From an uncultured Oscillospiraceae bacterium (GTDB lineage: Bacteria > Bacillota > Clostridia > Saccharofermentanales > DTU023): DNA of 55,779 nt. The notes under the pieces are model-generated. The model did no database searches, was not told the origin of the DNA, and saw nothing but the letters and a program-made list of their open reading frames with translations. The stretch lies in contig CAYNNG010000010.1 of NCBI GenBank assembly GCA_964398655.1, forward strand, positions 1-55,779, written 5' to 3'. Below are positions 36,844 to 46,739 of this stretch, in pieces; within the stretch, counting starts at the first letter, position 1; every line of letters starts with the position of its first letter. The translations under genes and the position numbers were made by a program.

Positions 36844-39257
36844 AACTCTTAGTTAAACGCACTGCGCAAGACCTTAATCCTCGCTTGAGTGATAAGCTGT
36901 CGGGCCAGGTTAAGGACTTTTTTTGGTCTTTACCCTTTGCCTTAATCTTTTCCCTGGCCTGGTCTTTTGTCTGCGTAAATAACCTGGGCCTGGATTATAA
37001 CTGGGGAGAAAATCTCTTACTGCATCTAGGCTTGCTTTTAGTAGGCTATACGTTGACCCTTATTCCCTTAATCACTCTTATCCTCTTTTTGGCTTTAGCG
37101 GGAATCGGTACGGCTGCCTTTATTTGGTCTACGCCCCTCCTGGAGGGGGTAAAAAACGCCTTAACCCAATTTTATGTGGCAGGTAAAAATGCGATCTTAT
37201 GGAGCTTTGAAGCAACCCAAGCCCAGGCAGTTAAACCTGAGAATTACGAAGTCTATATAGCTGTCTTAGCCTGCCTCTTGGCGCTGATTTTCATTATTAA
37301 GCGACCTTTACCCTTAGCCTTGAGTATCTTTTTGCTCTTGCCTTTCTTTGGGGCTAATGGGGATGTGGCCACTTTCTCCGGTTACGTGTTCGCACTATTA
37401 GCCTGTTTGGCTACGCTAATTTTTGTCTTTGTAAGAGAAGGGAAGCTGCAGTATAAAAAGCAATTCAGCCCCAACCTGCCCCTTATAATGGGCAGCGCCG
37501 TGCTTATCCTCACCTTTTTGCTGCAAAGTTTCCTGCCGCAGGACTTCTTTCAGAATAAAGACTTGGCCGACCGCATACGGCAAATGCAAAAGCGTATGCA
37601 GGCTCCGGAAATCGTTAACTATTACGAATTTAGCTTGCGTGACGCCGGCTATTATCCGCTGAATCAAAATCTCGGCGGACCCCTGCAGCTCCAGCATGAA
37701 CTCTATATGCAGGTTACGGGACCTCCCGCGCCTCTGCGCCTAAGAGGGGCCTTAGCTGATGATTACACGGGAGCAGCCTGGCTAGGCCAAGAAATGGACC
37801 CCAACTACATTTTTGATAACCTGAGCACCCATGGTAATCAGGCAGAAGTTTTTGCTTACCCCAGCGTACAGGGTTCTGCTAAAGATATTTTCGAACAGCT
37901 CTATTATCAGGCAAACATCAGTATCAAGCCCTTACAATTTCCGGTCCAGGTAATTTTCAATGGTGGAAGGCCTCAGCAAATTAACGAGGACCAGAACCAA
38001 GAACAAATTTATTACTATAACCAGGGGGGGCAGATCTATGCCAGCCACGAAATAAGCTCCCCTTATACCGTACAAGGCTGGCTGCCCCGGGAGTTATCCA
38101 CAGAGACCAAGTTCTCTCTGCTTAACCAGGGCCTCAAGGACGGGAAACTAAGCCTGAGTCTTCAAAGCAAGACAAATAACTACCAAGACTTAGTTGAGGC
38201 CTATGATCCCGAGCTTTACACTATATTGTATGGTCAAGATTATCGCGATCAGGACCAAGTATTTGCTGCCTTTCAACGTCTGGTCAAACATTTACAAGAA
38301 AATTACAGCTACAGCTTGGATGTGGCCTACCCTGTGCCCAATGAGGATTTTTTGGCTAACTTCCTGCGCGATAAAGAAGGCTACTGTACCTATTTCGCAA
38401 CAGCTTTAGCATTATTAGGCCGCGAATTAGGTATGGAAACCCGGTATGTGGAAGGTTTTTTAGTCCCGGGAGTGGACCCCCAAACTTACGTAGGCACTGC
38501 CGAAGGCGGTTACGAACGCGATGTCCTTTCTGATGCTGCCCATGCTTGGGTAGAGGCCAAATTTAATAAGTTGGGCTGGTATCCATTTGATGCTACCCCG
38601 GCGGATGTTTTACAGGGCTTCACCAACCAGCAAGGTGAAGATGAACAGGAAGCTCAAGAGTCCGAAACAACTAAGCCTTCCGAAAATGAAACCACGGCTC
38701 CGGAAGAAGTTACCACGCCGGCCCCGGAGCCCACACCTCCTCCTAGCCAGCCTACGCCCCCCCCGCCTGTAGATCAGCCTCCTAGCATGTCTCCTGGGCT
38801 TAAGGTCCTGCTGATCGTTTTAGCAGTAATACTGCTGCTAGCCCTCGGGGTTTTCCTCTTGCTGAAACGCGCCAAGACCTACTGGAAGAGACGGCAAGAC
38901 CCGCAATACCTTTTGCATCAGCTGGAAGCTAGAGATCAAGTTAACTTGTTGCAACAGGTCTGGGAGGATATCAAACACATGTATGAGACCGCAGGCTTTC
39001 GCTGGCAGGTCAACCAAACTCTGCAGCAAAAATTTGCTAAGTTAGACCAGGACCTTGCTGTCCCAGGCTTAAGCAATTACGCGATCTATTTAATCATGGA
39101 GCAATCCTTCTTCGGAGAGGAAAACTTATCCGCGGATGAACTTTACCAAATCTTTGCCTATTATCAGGCTCTGGAACTGGAGTTGAAGGTTCGTTTGAAG
39201 AAGTCCCAATGGTTTTTCAAACGCTATCTCTGGCCTCCAGCCTCTGCTCGCTACTAG
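36840..39257 (+). CDS. membrane transglutaminase-like protein (TgpA-like)
   Basis: Multi-TM N-terminus and a transglutaminase core with Cys (EGYCTYFATALALLGRELG), His (HAWVE) and Asp (PFDATP). A Pro-rich linker, a TM and a cytoplasmic tail follow. Confidence 0.88.
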   Translation: MKLLVKRTAQDLNPRLSDKLSGQVKDFFWSLPFALIFSLAWSFVCVNNLGLDYNWGENLLLHLGLLLVGYTLTLIPLITLILFLALAGIGTAAFIWSTPLLEGVKNALTQFYVAGKNAILWSFEATQAQAVKPENYEVYIAVLACLLALIFIIKRPLPLALSIFLLLPFFGANGDVATFSGYVFALLACLATLIFVFVREGKLQYKKQFSPNLPLIMGSAVLILTFLLQSFLPQDFFQNKDLADRIRQMQKRMQAPEIVNYYEFSLRDAGYYPLNQNLGGPLQLQHELYMQVTGPPAPLRLRGALADDYTGAAWLGQEMDPNYIFDNLSTHGNQAEVFAYPSVQGSAKDIFEQLYYQANISIKPLQFPVQVIFNGGRPQQINEDQNQEQIYYYNQGGQIYASHEISSPYTVQGWLPRELSTETKFSLLNQGLKDGKLSLSLQSKTNNYQDLVEAYDPELYTILYGQDYRDQDQVFAAFQRLVKHLQENYSYSLDVAYPVPNEDFLANFLRDKEGYCTYFATALALLGRELGMETRYVEGFLVPGVDPQTYVGTAEGGYERDVLSDAAHAWVEAKFNKLGWYPFDATPADVLQGFTNQQGEDEQEAQESETTKPSENETTAPEEVTTPAPEPTPPPSQPTPPPPVDQPPSMSPGLKVLLIVLAVILLLALGVFLLLKRAKTYWKRRQDPQYLLHQLEARDQVNLLQQVWEDIKHMYETAGFRWQVNQTLQQKFAKLDQDLAVPGLSNYAIYLIMEQSFFGEENLSADELYQIFAYYQALELELKVRLKKSQWFFKRYLWPPASARY

Positions 39258-39275
39258 GCAGTAACTGGTTAAAGC

Positions 39276-39845
39276 TTAGAACTTAAAAACATAGAAAGCT
39301 AGGCCCCCCAGGGCACCCATCACTAACATGATGAGCACGGGGTCTAGCTTTTTTAATTTGCGGTAAGCGGCCAAAGACAAGACAAAGATGGCCAGGGAAA
39401 AGAGATTGATTCCGCCCACAGCGAGCTTGCCTTGAGATGATACCAACGCCTCCCTCGTGAGTGACCAAGCCGCTGAGGCAATCAGGGCTACGACCGCAGG
39501 CCTGAGTCCCTGTAAAACCTGCTGCATAAGAGGCAATTCCGAGTACTTCCTATAGAGTTTGGAGAGAATTAATACAATGATGATACAGGGTGTGACATTA
39601 GCCACTGTAGCCACTAGGGCTCCGGGCAGACCTGCGAGCTGGATCCCTACAAAAGTTGCCGCATTAATAGCAATAGGACCGGGAGTCATTTGAGAGATCG
39701 TAATTAAATCTGAAAAGGTCGCGGGACTTAGCCAGTTATTGATGTGTACTACTTGTTCTTCAATCAAAGGTAGGGCGGCATAACCTCCGCCAAAGGCAAA
39801 AAGACCAACTTGAAAAAAGGCCCAGTATAATTTAAGTAAAATCAT
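39276..39845 (-). CDS. chrA: chromate transporter (CHR) half-size subunit
   Basis: 189 aa with the CHR motif FGGGYAALPLIE...MTPGPIAIN. Confidence 0.85.
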   Translation of the reverse strand: MILLKLYWAFFQVGLFAFGGGYAALPLIEEQVVHINNWLSPATFSDLITISQMTPGPIAINAATFVGIQLAGLPGALVATVANVTPCIIIVLILSKLYRKYSELPLMQQVLQGLRPAVVALIASAAWSLTREALVSSQGKLAVGGINLFSLAIFVLSLAAYRKLKKLDPVLIMLVMGALGGLAFYVFKF

Positions 39846-40501
39846 GCCTTGTTCTCCTTATTTTTACCCCCGAAGAAGTAAGCCAATAAAGCAGCCCCGC
39901 CGGACATTAGAATGATCAAGACTACATTAATCTTGGTAAACAAAGCTAAGACCAAAGCTAGGGCTAAGAGTACCAGCTGGAAAGGATTTTTCTTGAGCCA
40001 TAATTTAGAGGCCAAGTCCCACACCGTGTACACAATGAGAGCCGCGACCGCGGCTTGCATGCCTCGGAGAATGGCCCTCAGCAGAGGGTTATCTGCGACT
40101 GCTTGGTAGAACAAGGAAATAACCGATAAAATCACTAGGGGAGGCAGCATGGTAGACAAGGCCCCCAAAAGAGCTCCCTTAAGGCCAAAAAGATGGTAAC
40201 CCATGAGGGTAGAAGCGTTAAAGGTTACCGGACCCGGTGCAGACTGGGCCATGGCCACTAAGTCCAAAATCTTTTCTTCATCTATCCAGCCTAGCTCATC
40301 ACAAAAACGACGTTTTTGTAAAGGAACTATGACGTAGCCGCCACCCAAGGTGAAAGCGGATATTTTAAGGCAGGAAAAAAAGAAGACACGCAGAGACTTA
40401 GGCTGGGGCTTGCTGGGACCTTTACTAGCAGCTTGCTCTGATTTGTCTATAGACGTCTTTGCGCTGGAGTTGGTGGGTAATATTTGACGATCTCGAGACA
40501 C
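39842..40501 (-). CDS. chrA: chromate transporter (CHR) half-size subunit
   Basis: CHR motif LGGGYVIVPL...SAPGPVTFN. GTG start with GAGG upstream. Overlaps the partner gene by 4 nt. Confidence 0.82.
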   Translation of the reverse strand: MSRDRQILPTNSSAKTSIDKSEQAASKGPSKPQPKSLRVFFFSCLKISAFTLGGGYVIVPLQKRRFCDELGWIDEEKILDLVAMAQSAPGPVTFNASTLMGYHLFGLKGALLGALSTMLPPLVILSVISLFYQAVADNPLLRAILRGMQAAVAALIVYTVWDLASKLWLKKNPFQLVLLALALVLALFTKINVVLIILMSGGAALLAYFFGGKNKENKA

Positions 40502-40664
40502 AAGTTTTTCCTCGTAATTCGTTTAGGCTTCAATTCAAACTTTATCCTAAGGGATTTGCCTTGTAAGGTAAAGATAGCGATTATGTTGATCGCAAAATCA
40601 AATATGCATAAATATAACTAAAAATCTTCTTGCTTCCGCAGAATTCTTCTTATAGTTTTATGTC

Positions 40665-40693
40665 TTGCAATTCACTATCAAGCCAAGTAAAAT
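40665..40693 (+). promoter_or_regulatory. candidate sigma-A promoter of the opp operon
   Basis: TTGCAA-N17-TAAAAT, about 105 nt upstream of the oppB ATG. Confidence 0.5.
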
Positions 40694-40797
40694 TTGAAAA
40701 ACGGATTAGTTTTGTAAGTAATTGCTTATTGTAGGAGGCGTAAATCTGTTTTTTTATAGGCAGGTGACTAGCGTTTGCTCGTCCAGGAGGAGGGTCT

Positions 40798-41709
40798 ATG
40801 TTAAGATACTCAATTAAACGTATTTTACTGGCCATACTGACGACGTTCATAGTTATAGTAATTACCTTCTTTTCTATGCACGCAGTACCGGGTGGTCCCT
40901 TCAGTAAAGAAAAAGCTCCCAGTCCCGCTGTACAGGCGGTACTAGAGGCCAGATTTGGTCTAGACAAAACGGTAGAGGAACAATTTGTGCTCTACTTGCA
41001 AAATTTATTCCGCGGAGATTTTGGCATCTCTCTGAAAAATGGCCGGGAGATTCGCGACACTGTGTCTGAAGGGATTGGCATATCTGCGAAATTAGGCCTC
41101 AGCTCGGCAGCCCTAGCCCTGGTACTCGGCCTTATCTTGGGTGTCACAGCGGCGGTCTTTCGCAACAAGTTGGCAGACCGCCTGATCATCTTCTTTACCA
41201 CTTTGCTGGTGTCCGTTCCCAGCTTTGTTCTCGCCACGATCTTGCTTTATTTCTTTTCCCAGAAATTAGGTTGGTTTCCCGTATGGTCGGCGACCAAACC
41301 TAGTTATGTTCTGCCGGTGATTTCCCTGGCCATGTATCCCATGGCCTATATCACGAGAATGACCAAATCTTCCATGTTGGATGTGCTGGGTGAAGATTAT
41401 ATTCGCACAGCCAGGGCTAAGGGAGCGCAGAGGTCCTCCGTCTTGTTTAAGCATGCCTTGCGCAACGCGATTTTGCCCATTATTACTTACCTTGGCCCCA
41501 TGCTGGCCTACACCATTACCGGCTCTATGGTTGTGGAAACTGTTTTTACCATGGGCGGTTTAGGCCGGATTTTCGTAAACTCCATCACTAACCGGGATTA
41601 TCCGATCATCATGGCTTGTACCATTATCTTGTCAATTCTTATGGTTATTATGACCCTCTTATGTGACTTGGTTTACAAGCTGGTTGATCCCAGGATTGAT
41701 TTTGATTAA
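40798..41709 (+). CDS. oppB: oligopeptide ABC transporter permease
   Basis: N-terminal RYSIKRILLAILT...VPGGP and the EAA loop DYIRTARAKGAQRSSVLFKHALRNA. Confidence 0.9.
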   Translation: MLRYSIKRILLAILTTFIVIVITFFSMHAVPGGPFSKEKAPSPAVQAVLEARFGLDKTVEEQFVLYLQNLFRGDFGISLKNGREIRDTVSEGIGISAKLGLSSAALALVLGLILGVTAAVFRNKLADRLIIFFTTLLVSVPSFVLATILLYFFSQKLGWFPVWSATKPSYVLPVISLAMYPMAYITRMTKSSMLDVLGEDYIRTARAKGAQRSSVLFKHALRNAILPIITYLGPMLAYTITGSMVVETVFTMGGLGRIFVNSITNRDYPIIMACTIILSILMVIMTLLCDLVYKLVDPRIDFD

Positions 41710-41718
41710 GAGGTGAGT

Positions 41719-42792
41719 ATGACTAACGAATCAAAAATAAAACTGAAAAATCCTTTATCTGCTCATGTAAACATGTCAGATTTTGAGCTGGCGAGCCAAG
41801 AGGAAAAAGATCAGCAGGTGATCATGCGTCCTTCCTCCACGTTTTTTAAGGACGGGATGAAGAACTTCCGGAAAAATAAAATGGCCATGATCATGCTGGT
41901 GATTTTGATCCTGCTCTTGCTGCTGGTTTTTATTACCCCAGCCATTAATCCCTACGGTTACGAGGAAATCATCAGAGTTAAGGGTAAGCGTGATAAAACT
42001 ATGGCCAATATGGGCCCCCTGCAATGGTCGCGCTTGGAGCAACAAGCCATAGATGAAGGAGAGGAGTTTTATCCGCACCTCTTTGGTACGGACAGTCTGG
42101 GGCGTGATTATTTTGTCCGCTGTATGTGGGGTACGCGTATTTCTTTAACAGTAGGCTTCTTTGCCGCCCTGATTGTTTTGGTCATTGGTTTGATTTACGG
42201 TTCCATCTCAGGATACTTCGGCGGGGTGGTTGACCTGGTGATGATGAGGATAGTTGATGTTATTTACTCCTTACCGGATACCCTCATCATTATCTTGCTG
42301 TCGGTGGTTTTGAAGGAAGTTTTAAAAGACTCCCTAGACGGCACTATCTTTGCCAAAATTGGTACCAATATGCTGAGCCTCTTCATCGTTTTTGGCTTGC
42401 TCTATTGGGTATCCATGGCGCGGTTGGTGCGTGGTCAGATCCTAACCATCCGGGAAATCGACTTTGTGATGGCTGCGGAATCTATTGGAACTTCGAAGAA
42501 GCGTATCATTGTGAGGCATGTCCTGCCCAACTGTATCTCGGTGATCATTATTTCTACAGCCTTACAGATCCCGTCAGCTATCTTCACAGAATCCTTCCTT
42601 AGCTTTCTGGGTCTAGGAGTTAACTCTCCCATGCCCAGCTTGGGTTCCCTCGCCTCAGATGCGCGGCAGAGCATTATGTCTTATCCCTATAAACTCTTTT
42701 TCCCTGCGATCTTGATCAGTGTCCTGGTCCTCTCCCTAAACATTATTGGTGACGGCCTCCGGGATGCTTTTGATCCCAAGTTGAAGCACTAA
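41719..42792 (+). CDS. oppC: oligopeptide ABC transporter permease
   Basis: OppC-type N-terminal segment, HLFGTDSLGRD, and the EAA-like loop FVMAAESIGTSKKRIIVRHVLPN. The ATG at 41719 is preceded by AGAGGTG. Confidence 0.9.
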   Translation: MTNESKIKLKNPLSAHVNMSDFELASQEEKDQQVIMRPSSTFFKDGMKNFRKNKMAMIMLVILILLLLLVFITPAINPYGYEEIIRVKGKRDKTMANMGPLQWSRLEQQAIDEGEEFYPHLFGTDSLGRDYFVRCMWGTRISLTVGFFAALIVLVIGLIYGSISGYFGGVVDLVMMRIVDVIYSLPDTLIIILLSVVLKEVLKDSLDGTIFAKIGTNMLSLFIVFGLLYWVSMARLVRGQILTIREIDFVMAAESIGTSKKRIIVRHVLPNCISVIIISTALQIPSAIFTESFLSFLGLGVNSPMPSLGSLASDARQSIMSYPYKLFFPAILISVLVLSLNIIGDGLRDAFDPKLKH

Positions 42793-42802
42793 GGAGTCTG
42801 CT

Positions 42803-43813
42803 ATGAGTGATATTTTGCTAGAAGTTAAAAATCTGCGCACCTCATTCTTCACCGATAACGGCGAAGTAAAGGCAGTTAATGATGTGTCTTTCTCTTTGGA
42901 AGCCGGCAAGGTTCTGGGTATTGTTGGAGAATCTGGCTCTGGAAAATCTGTAACAGCTTACTCTATCTTGCGCATCCTGCAGTCTCCCGGAGAGACAATT
43001 GGCGGGGAGGTGCTATTCAAAGGTAAAGATCTGCTTAAGCTTCCAGAAAAAGAGATGCGTGACGTAAGGGGTAAGAACATTTCCATTATTTTCCAGGACC
43101 CGATGACCTCGCTGAATCCTGTGTTTACCATAGGTTATCAAATTGAAGAAGCTAGCAAACTGCATACTGGAAGAAGGGGAGAGGAAGCCAGGCAGCATGC
43201 CCAAGATCTTCTGGAAATGGTAGGCATTAACGAACCAGCCAAACGTCTAAAACAATATCCCTTTGAGTTCTCAGGGGGTATGAGGCAAAGAGCAATGATC
43301 GCCATGGCTCTGGCCTGCGAGCCAGACATTTTAATTGCTGACGAACCTACTACAGCCCTGGACGTAACCATTCAGGCACAGATTTTGGAATTGATCCAAG
43401 ATTTGCAGAAAAAACTTGGCATGGCAGTCATTATGATCACCCATGATCTTGGAGTAATTGCCGATATCTGTGACGAGATCATCGTCATGTATGCCGGGAA
43501 AGTGTGTGAAAGGGGCAAGGTAGACGATATCTTCTACAATCCACATCATGCCTATACCAGGGGACTGCTTAACTCTATTCCTAAAGCGCAGAAGTCAAAC
43601 AAACGGCTTATCCCGATCTCGGGTACACCGATTGACCTCTTAAACCTGCCCCAAGGCTGTGCCTTTTCCCCGCGCTGCTCAGAGACTATGAAAATTTGTC
43701 TCAGAGAGCTTCCTCCAGAAGTAGAGATTAACCCTGGTCACAGAGCTTCTTGCTGGCTTAACCAAAAAGCCGCCTTTATGGCTGCGCAAGAAAACCCAAA
43801 AGCTGAAAGCTAG
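42803..43813 (+). CDS. oppD: oligopeptide ABC transporter ATP-binding protein
   Basis: Walker A GESGSGKS, signature FSGGMRQR, Walker [12 protein letters not shown], and a Cys-containing C-terminal oligopeptide-transporter domain. Confidence 0.9.
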   Translation: MSDILLEVKNLRTSFFTDNGEVKAVNDVSFSLEAGKVLGIVGESGSGKSVTAYSILRILQSPGETIGGEVLFKGKDLLKLPEKEMRDVRGKNISIIFQDPMTSLNPVFTIGYQIEEASKLHTGRRGEEARQHAQDLLEMVGINEPAKRLKQYPFEFSGGMRQRAMIAMALACEPDILIADEPTTALDVTIQAQILELIQDLQKKLGMAVIMITHDLGVIADICDEIIVMYAGKVCERGKVDDIFYNPHHAYTRGLLNSIPKAQKSNKRLIPISGTPIDLLNLPQGCAFSPRCSETMKICLRELPPEVEINPGHRASCWLNQKAAFMAAQENPKAES

Positions 43814-43826
43814 GAGGCCAAGCCAG

Positions 43827-44786
43827 ATGAGTGAATATTTAGTTCGGGTGGAAAACCTGAAAAAATACTTTGATGTACGTACCGGTTGGTTTACCAAGGC
43901 TCCACTCAAAGCTGTGGATGATGTCAGTTTTAGTATAAAAAAAGGTGAAACCCTCGGCCTAGTAGGAGAGTCTGGCTGCGGCAAAACGACGGTTGGCAGA
44001 ACTATTCTCCACCTTTATGAGCCTACGGGCGGCAAGGTTTACTATAAAGACCAAGAGGTCGCTAACAGCAACATCCATGACCTGCGCAAAGAAATGCAAA
44101 TGGTCTTCCAAGACCCTTATGCCTCTCTAAATCCTCGTATGACGATCGCGGATATTGTGGGAGAGCCCTTAGATGTGCATAAACTGTACAGCTCCAAGGC
44201 AGAGCGGAGAGATAAAGTTAATAGGCTCTTGGAATTAGTCGGCCTTAACTCTGACCACGCCGGCCGCTATGCCCACGAGTTTTCTGGTGGACAGAGGCAG
44301 AGAATTGGCATCGCGCGAGCCCTAGCTGTGGACCCGGAATTTATTATTTGTGATGAATCAGTTTCGGCCTTGGATGTATCTATCCAAGCTCAGATTCTCA
44401 ACATGTTTAAAGACCTCCAGGCAGAACTGGGGTTATCCTATCTTTTTATAGCTCACGATATTTTAGTCGTAACTTATATGGCAGACCGGGTAGCTGTCAT
44501 GTACCTAGGGAAAATTGTCGAGCTGGCGGAGACCAATGAAATTAATAATCATCCCATCCACCCTTACACGAAATCCCTCTACTCTGCCGTACCCATACCC
44601 GATCCGGAAACTGCCCGCCATAGCCAGCGCATTCTGCTGGAAGGGGATATTCCCAGCCCACTCAAGATGCCCAGCGGCTGTTCCTTTAGGACGCGCTGCT
44701 CACATGCTACGGCCCGCTGCGCAGAAGCGGCTCCACCTTTGGTCGATCGTGGAAACGGTCACTGGGCAGCCTGCTGGAATGCCTAA
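43827..44786 (+). CDS. oppF: oligopeptide ABC transporter ATP-binding protein
   Basis: Walker A GESGCGKT, signature FSGGQRQR, Walker [12 protein letters not shown], and a Cys-rich C-terminal domain. Confidence 0.9.
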   Translation: MSEYLVRVENLKKYFDVRTGWFTKAPLKAVDDVSFSIKKGETLGLVGESGCGKTTVGRTILHLYEPTGGKVYYKDQEVANSNIHDLRKEMQMVFQDPYASLNPRMTIADIVGEPLDVHKLYSSKAERRDKVNRLLELVGLNSDHAGRYAHEFSGGQRQRIGIARALAVDPEFIICDESVSALDVSIQAQILNMFKDLQAELGLSYLFIAHDILVVTYMADRVAVMYLGKIVELAETNEINNHPIHPYTKSLYSAVPIPDPETARHSQRILLEGDIPSPLKMPSGCSFRTRCSHATARCAEAAPPLVDRGNGHWAACWNA

Positions 44787-44881
44787 AATTAGAGGATAGC
44801 CGCTGATTTCTCTGCAAAGCTTCAATATAGTTCGTTACTGTCTTGCGACAGACGGAAATAAAAAACTCATGGAGGAAAACT

Positions 44882-46639
44882 ATGAAAAAGCAACTCACCA
44901 TCATTGCTCTGGCAGTGACTATGATCTTTTCGCTGCTTCTTGGTATGGCCGCAGTGCCGGTACAAGCAGAAGTAGAAAAGCTGGACTGGACCGGCTACGA
45001 TGAACTCATCGGCCAAATTAAATCCGCAACGGATTTCGTGGAACGCGAAGCTCTCATGCACCAGGCTGAAGACATCCTGATGGATAGTGGAGCCATTGTA
45101 CCTCTCTACTACTATAACGATGTTTACATGGCTAAGCCGGATCTGACGGGTTACTATAGCAACCTCTACGGCTTTAAATATTTCATGTTTTCGGGCAATG
45201 GAGACTCTGACAAAATTCGTCTCTGCCTGGCATCTGAACCCGACAAGCTGGACCCTGCTCTCAACTCCTCTGTAGATGGGGCCTGCCTGGCTGTTAACTC
45301 ATTCTCTGGCTTGTTTGCCTATAACGCTGAAGGCCAAGTTGTACCTGATCTGGTAGATACTTACGAGATGTCTGAAGATGGATTAGTTTACACCTTCACC
45401 CTAAAAGATGACCTCAAGTGGTCAGATGGCGATCCTTTGAATGCCAAAGACTTTGAATACTCCTGGAAACGCGCAGTTAACTGGATGACCGCAGCCGACT
45501 ATGCCTACATGTTTGACTGCATCGACGGTTACCCCGAAATTGAAGATCCCGAAGCTGAGATCACCGAGGAAAGTGCCAACGCCGCTGCAGACGGCTTAAA
45601 TGTTGTAGCCTCCGAGGATGGCAAGACCTTAACCGTAACTCTTAAGGCTCCGACCCCTTACTTCCTAGACCTCTGTGCTTTCCCCACTTATTACCCCGTA
45701 AAACAAGCAGCTGTAGAAGGTGCTGACGGCTATCGTGATGCCGATGGCAAGATCAAAAACCCCGGTGCCTGGGCGCGTGAAGCAGGTTTTGTGTCCAATG
45801 GCGCTTATGTGCTGACTAGTTGGGACCACAACTCCTCCATGACTTATGAGAAGAACCCCTACTACCACAGAGCGGACGAAGTAAAAATTGAAAAGTTGGA
45901 ATTCATGTTATCTGATGACCAAGCAGTAATTTACTCCGCTTATAACTCTGACGACCTAGACTTTATTGATTCTGTACCTACCGATGAAATTAAGGGCTTG
46001 ATGGAATCCAATAACCCAGAGTTCTATATCGTCGACAACTTGGGCACTTATTTTGTAATCTTCAACGTCAAATCGCCCTTGTTCGACGGCAAAACTGTAG
46101 AGCAAGCTAAAAACATGCGCAAGGCCGTCACCCTGCTCATTGACCGTCAATTCATCGTTGATACCATTACTCAGACCGGGCAAAAGATAGCCAACACCTT
46201 TATTCCCGAAGGCATGGCCGATGGCCATGGCGGTGTCTTCAAAGAAAATGATGAAGACTATACCTATCCAGTAGAAGATGAAGTTGGCTATTTCACCCTA
46301 GAGCCTGATGTAGAAGGCGCTATTGAACTCTTGAAAGCCGCAGGTTACGAATTCGAAGGCGAAATGCTGTCTCAAGATACACCCTTGAAGATTCGCTACC
46401 TCTTGAACAAGAGTGAAGCCCACGAAAAGGTGGCTGAGTCAATTCAGCAAGACCTGGCTGTTATAGGCATTGAAATGGAAATCGACGTTATGGACTGGGC
46501 CACAGTTCTGAATGAACGTAAAGCTGGTAACTATGACGTAGCCCGCCATGGTTGGATTGCTGACTTCAACGACCCCATCAACATGCTAGAAATGTGGTCC
46601 ACAGACTCTGGCAACAACGATGCTCAGTTTGGCCGTTAA
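44882..46639 (+). CDS. oppA: family-5 (OppA/DppA-type) peptide-binding protein, apparently circularly permuted
   Basis: Signal peptide MKKQLTIIALAV...VPVQA. Family-5 core (KWSDGDPLNAKDFEYSWKR, GWIADFNDPINMLEMW). GGAGG lies upstream of the ATG at 44882. See the finding on this gene for the module order. Confidence 0.85.
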   Translation: MKKQLTIIALAVTMIFSLLLGMAAVPVQAEVEKLDWTGYDELIGQIKSATDFVEREALMHQAEDILMDSGAIVPLYYYNDVYMAKPDLTGYYSNLYGFKYFMFSGNGDSDKIRLCLASEPDKLDPALNSSVDGACLAVNSFSGLFAYNAEGQVVPDLVDTYEMSEDGLVYTFTLKDDLKWSDGDPLNAKDFEYSWKRAVNWMTAADYAYMFDCIDGYPEIEDPEAEITEESANAAADGLNVVASEDGKTLTVTLKAPTPYFLDLCAFPTYYPVKQAAVEGADGYRDADGKIKNPGAWAREAGFVSNGAYVLTSWDHNSSMTYEKNPYYHRADEVKIEKLEFMLSDDQAVIYSAYNSDDLDFIDSVPTDEIKGLMESNNPEFYIVDNLGTYFVIFNVKSPLFDGKTVEQAKNMRKAVTLLIDRQFIVDTITQTGQKIANTFIPEGMADGHGGVFKENDEDYTYPVEDEVGYFTLEPDVEGAIELLKAAGYEFEGEMLSQDTPLKIRYLLNKSEAHEKVAESIQQDLAVIGIEMEIDVMDWATVLNERKAGNYDVARHGWIADFNDPINMLEMWSTDSGNNDAQFGR

Positions 46640-46675
46640 GCGACCAGCAAAAATTTCACCTAGTTCTTACTTGGC

Positions 46676-46712
46676 TAGGGGGCCCCGTAACCAGGGGCCT
46701 CCTTTATTTTTT
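46676..46712 (+). terminator. intrinsic terminator after oppA
   Basis: GGCCCC-gtaacca-GGGGCC hairpin with flanking pairs, followed by TTTATTTTTT. Confidence 0.7.
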
Positions 46713-46739
46713 GAGAAGCCTATGTGTTAAAATAGGCCT

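Noticed and set aside
39276-40501. Split chrA as a disrupted gene.
   Set aside because: Paired half-size CHR genes with a 4-nt overlap are a known natural architecture (for example the Bacillus ywrA/ywrB type). Both halves keep their motifs.
40690-40710. AAAATTTGAAAAAC upstream of oppB as a CodY box (AATTTTCWGAAAATT).
   Set aside because: My best alignment gives only about 9 of 15 matches, which is not enough to call.
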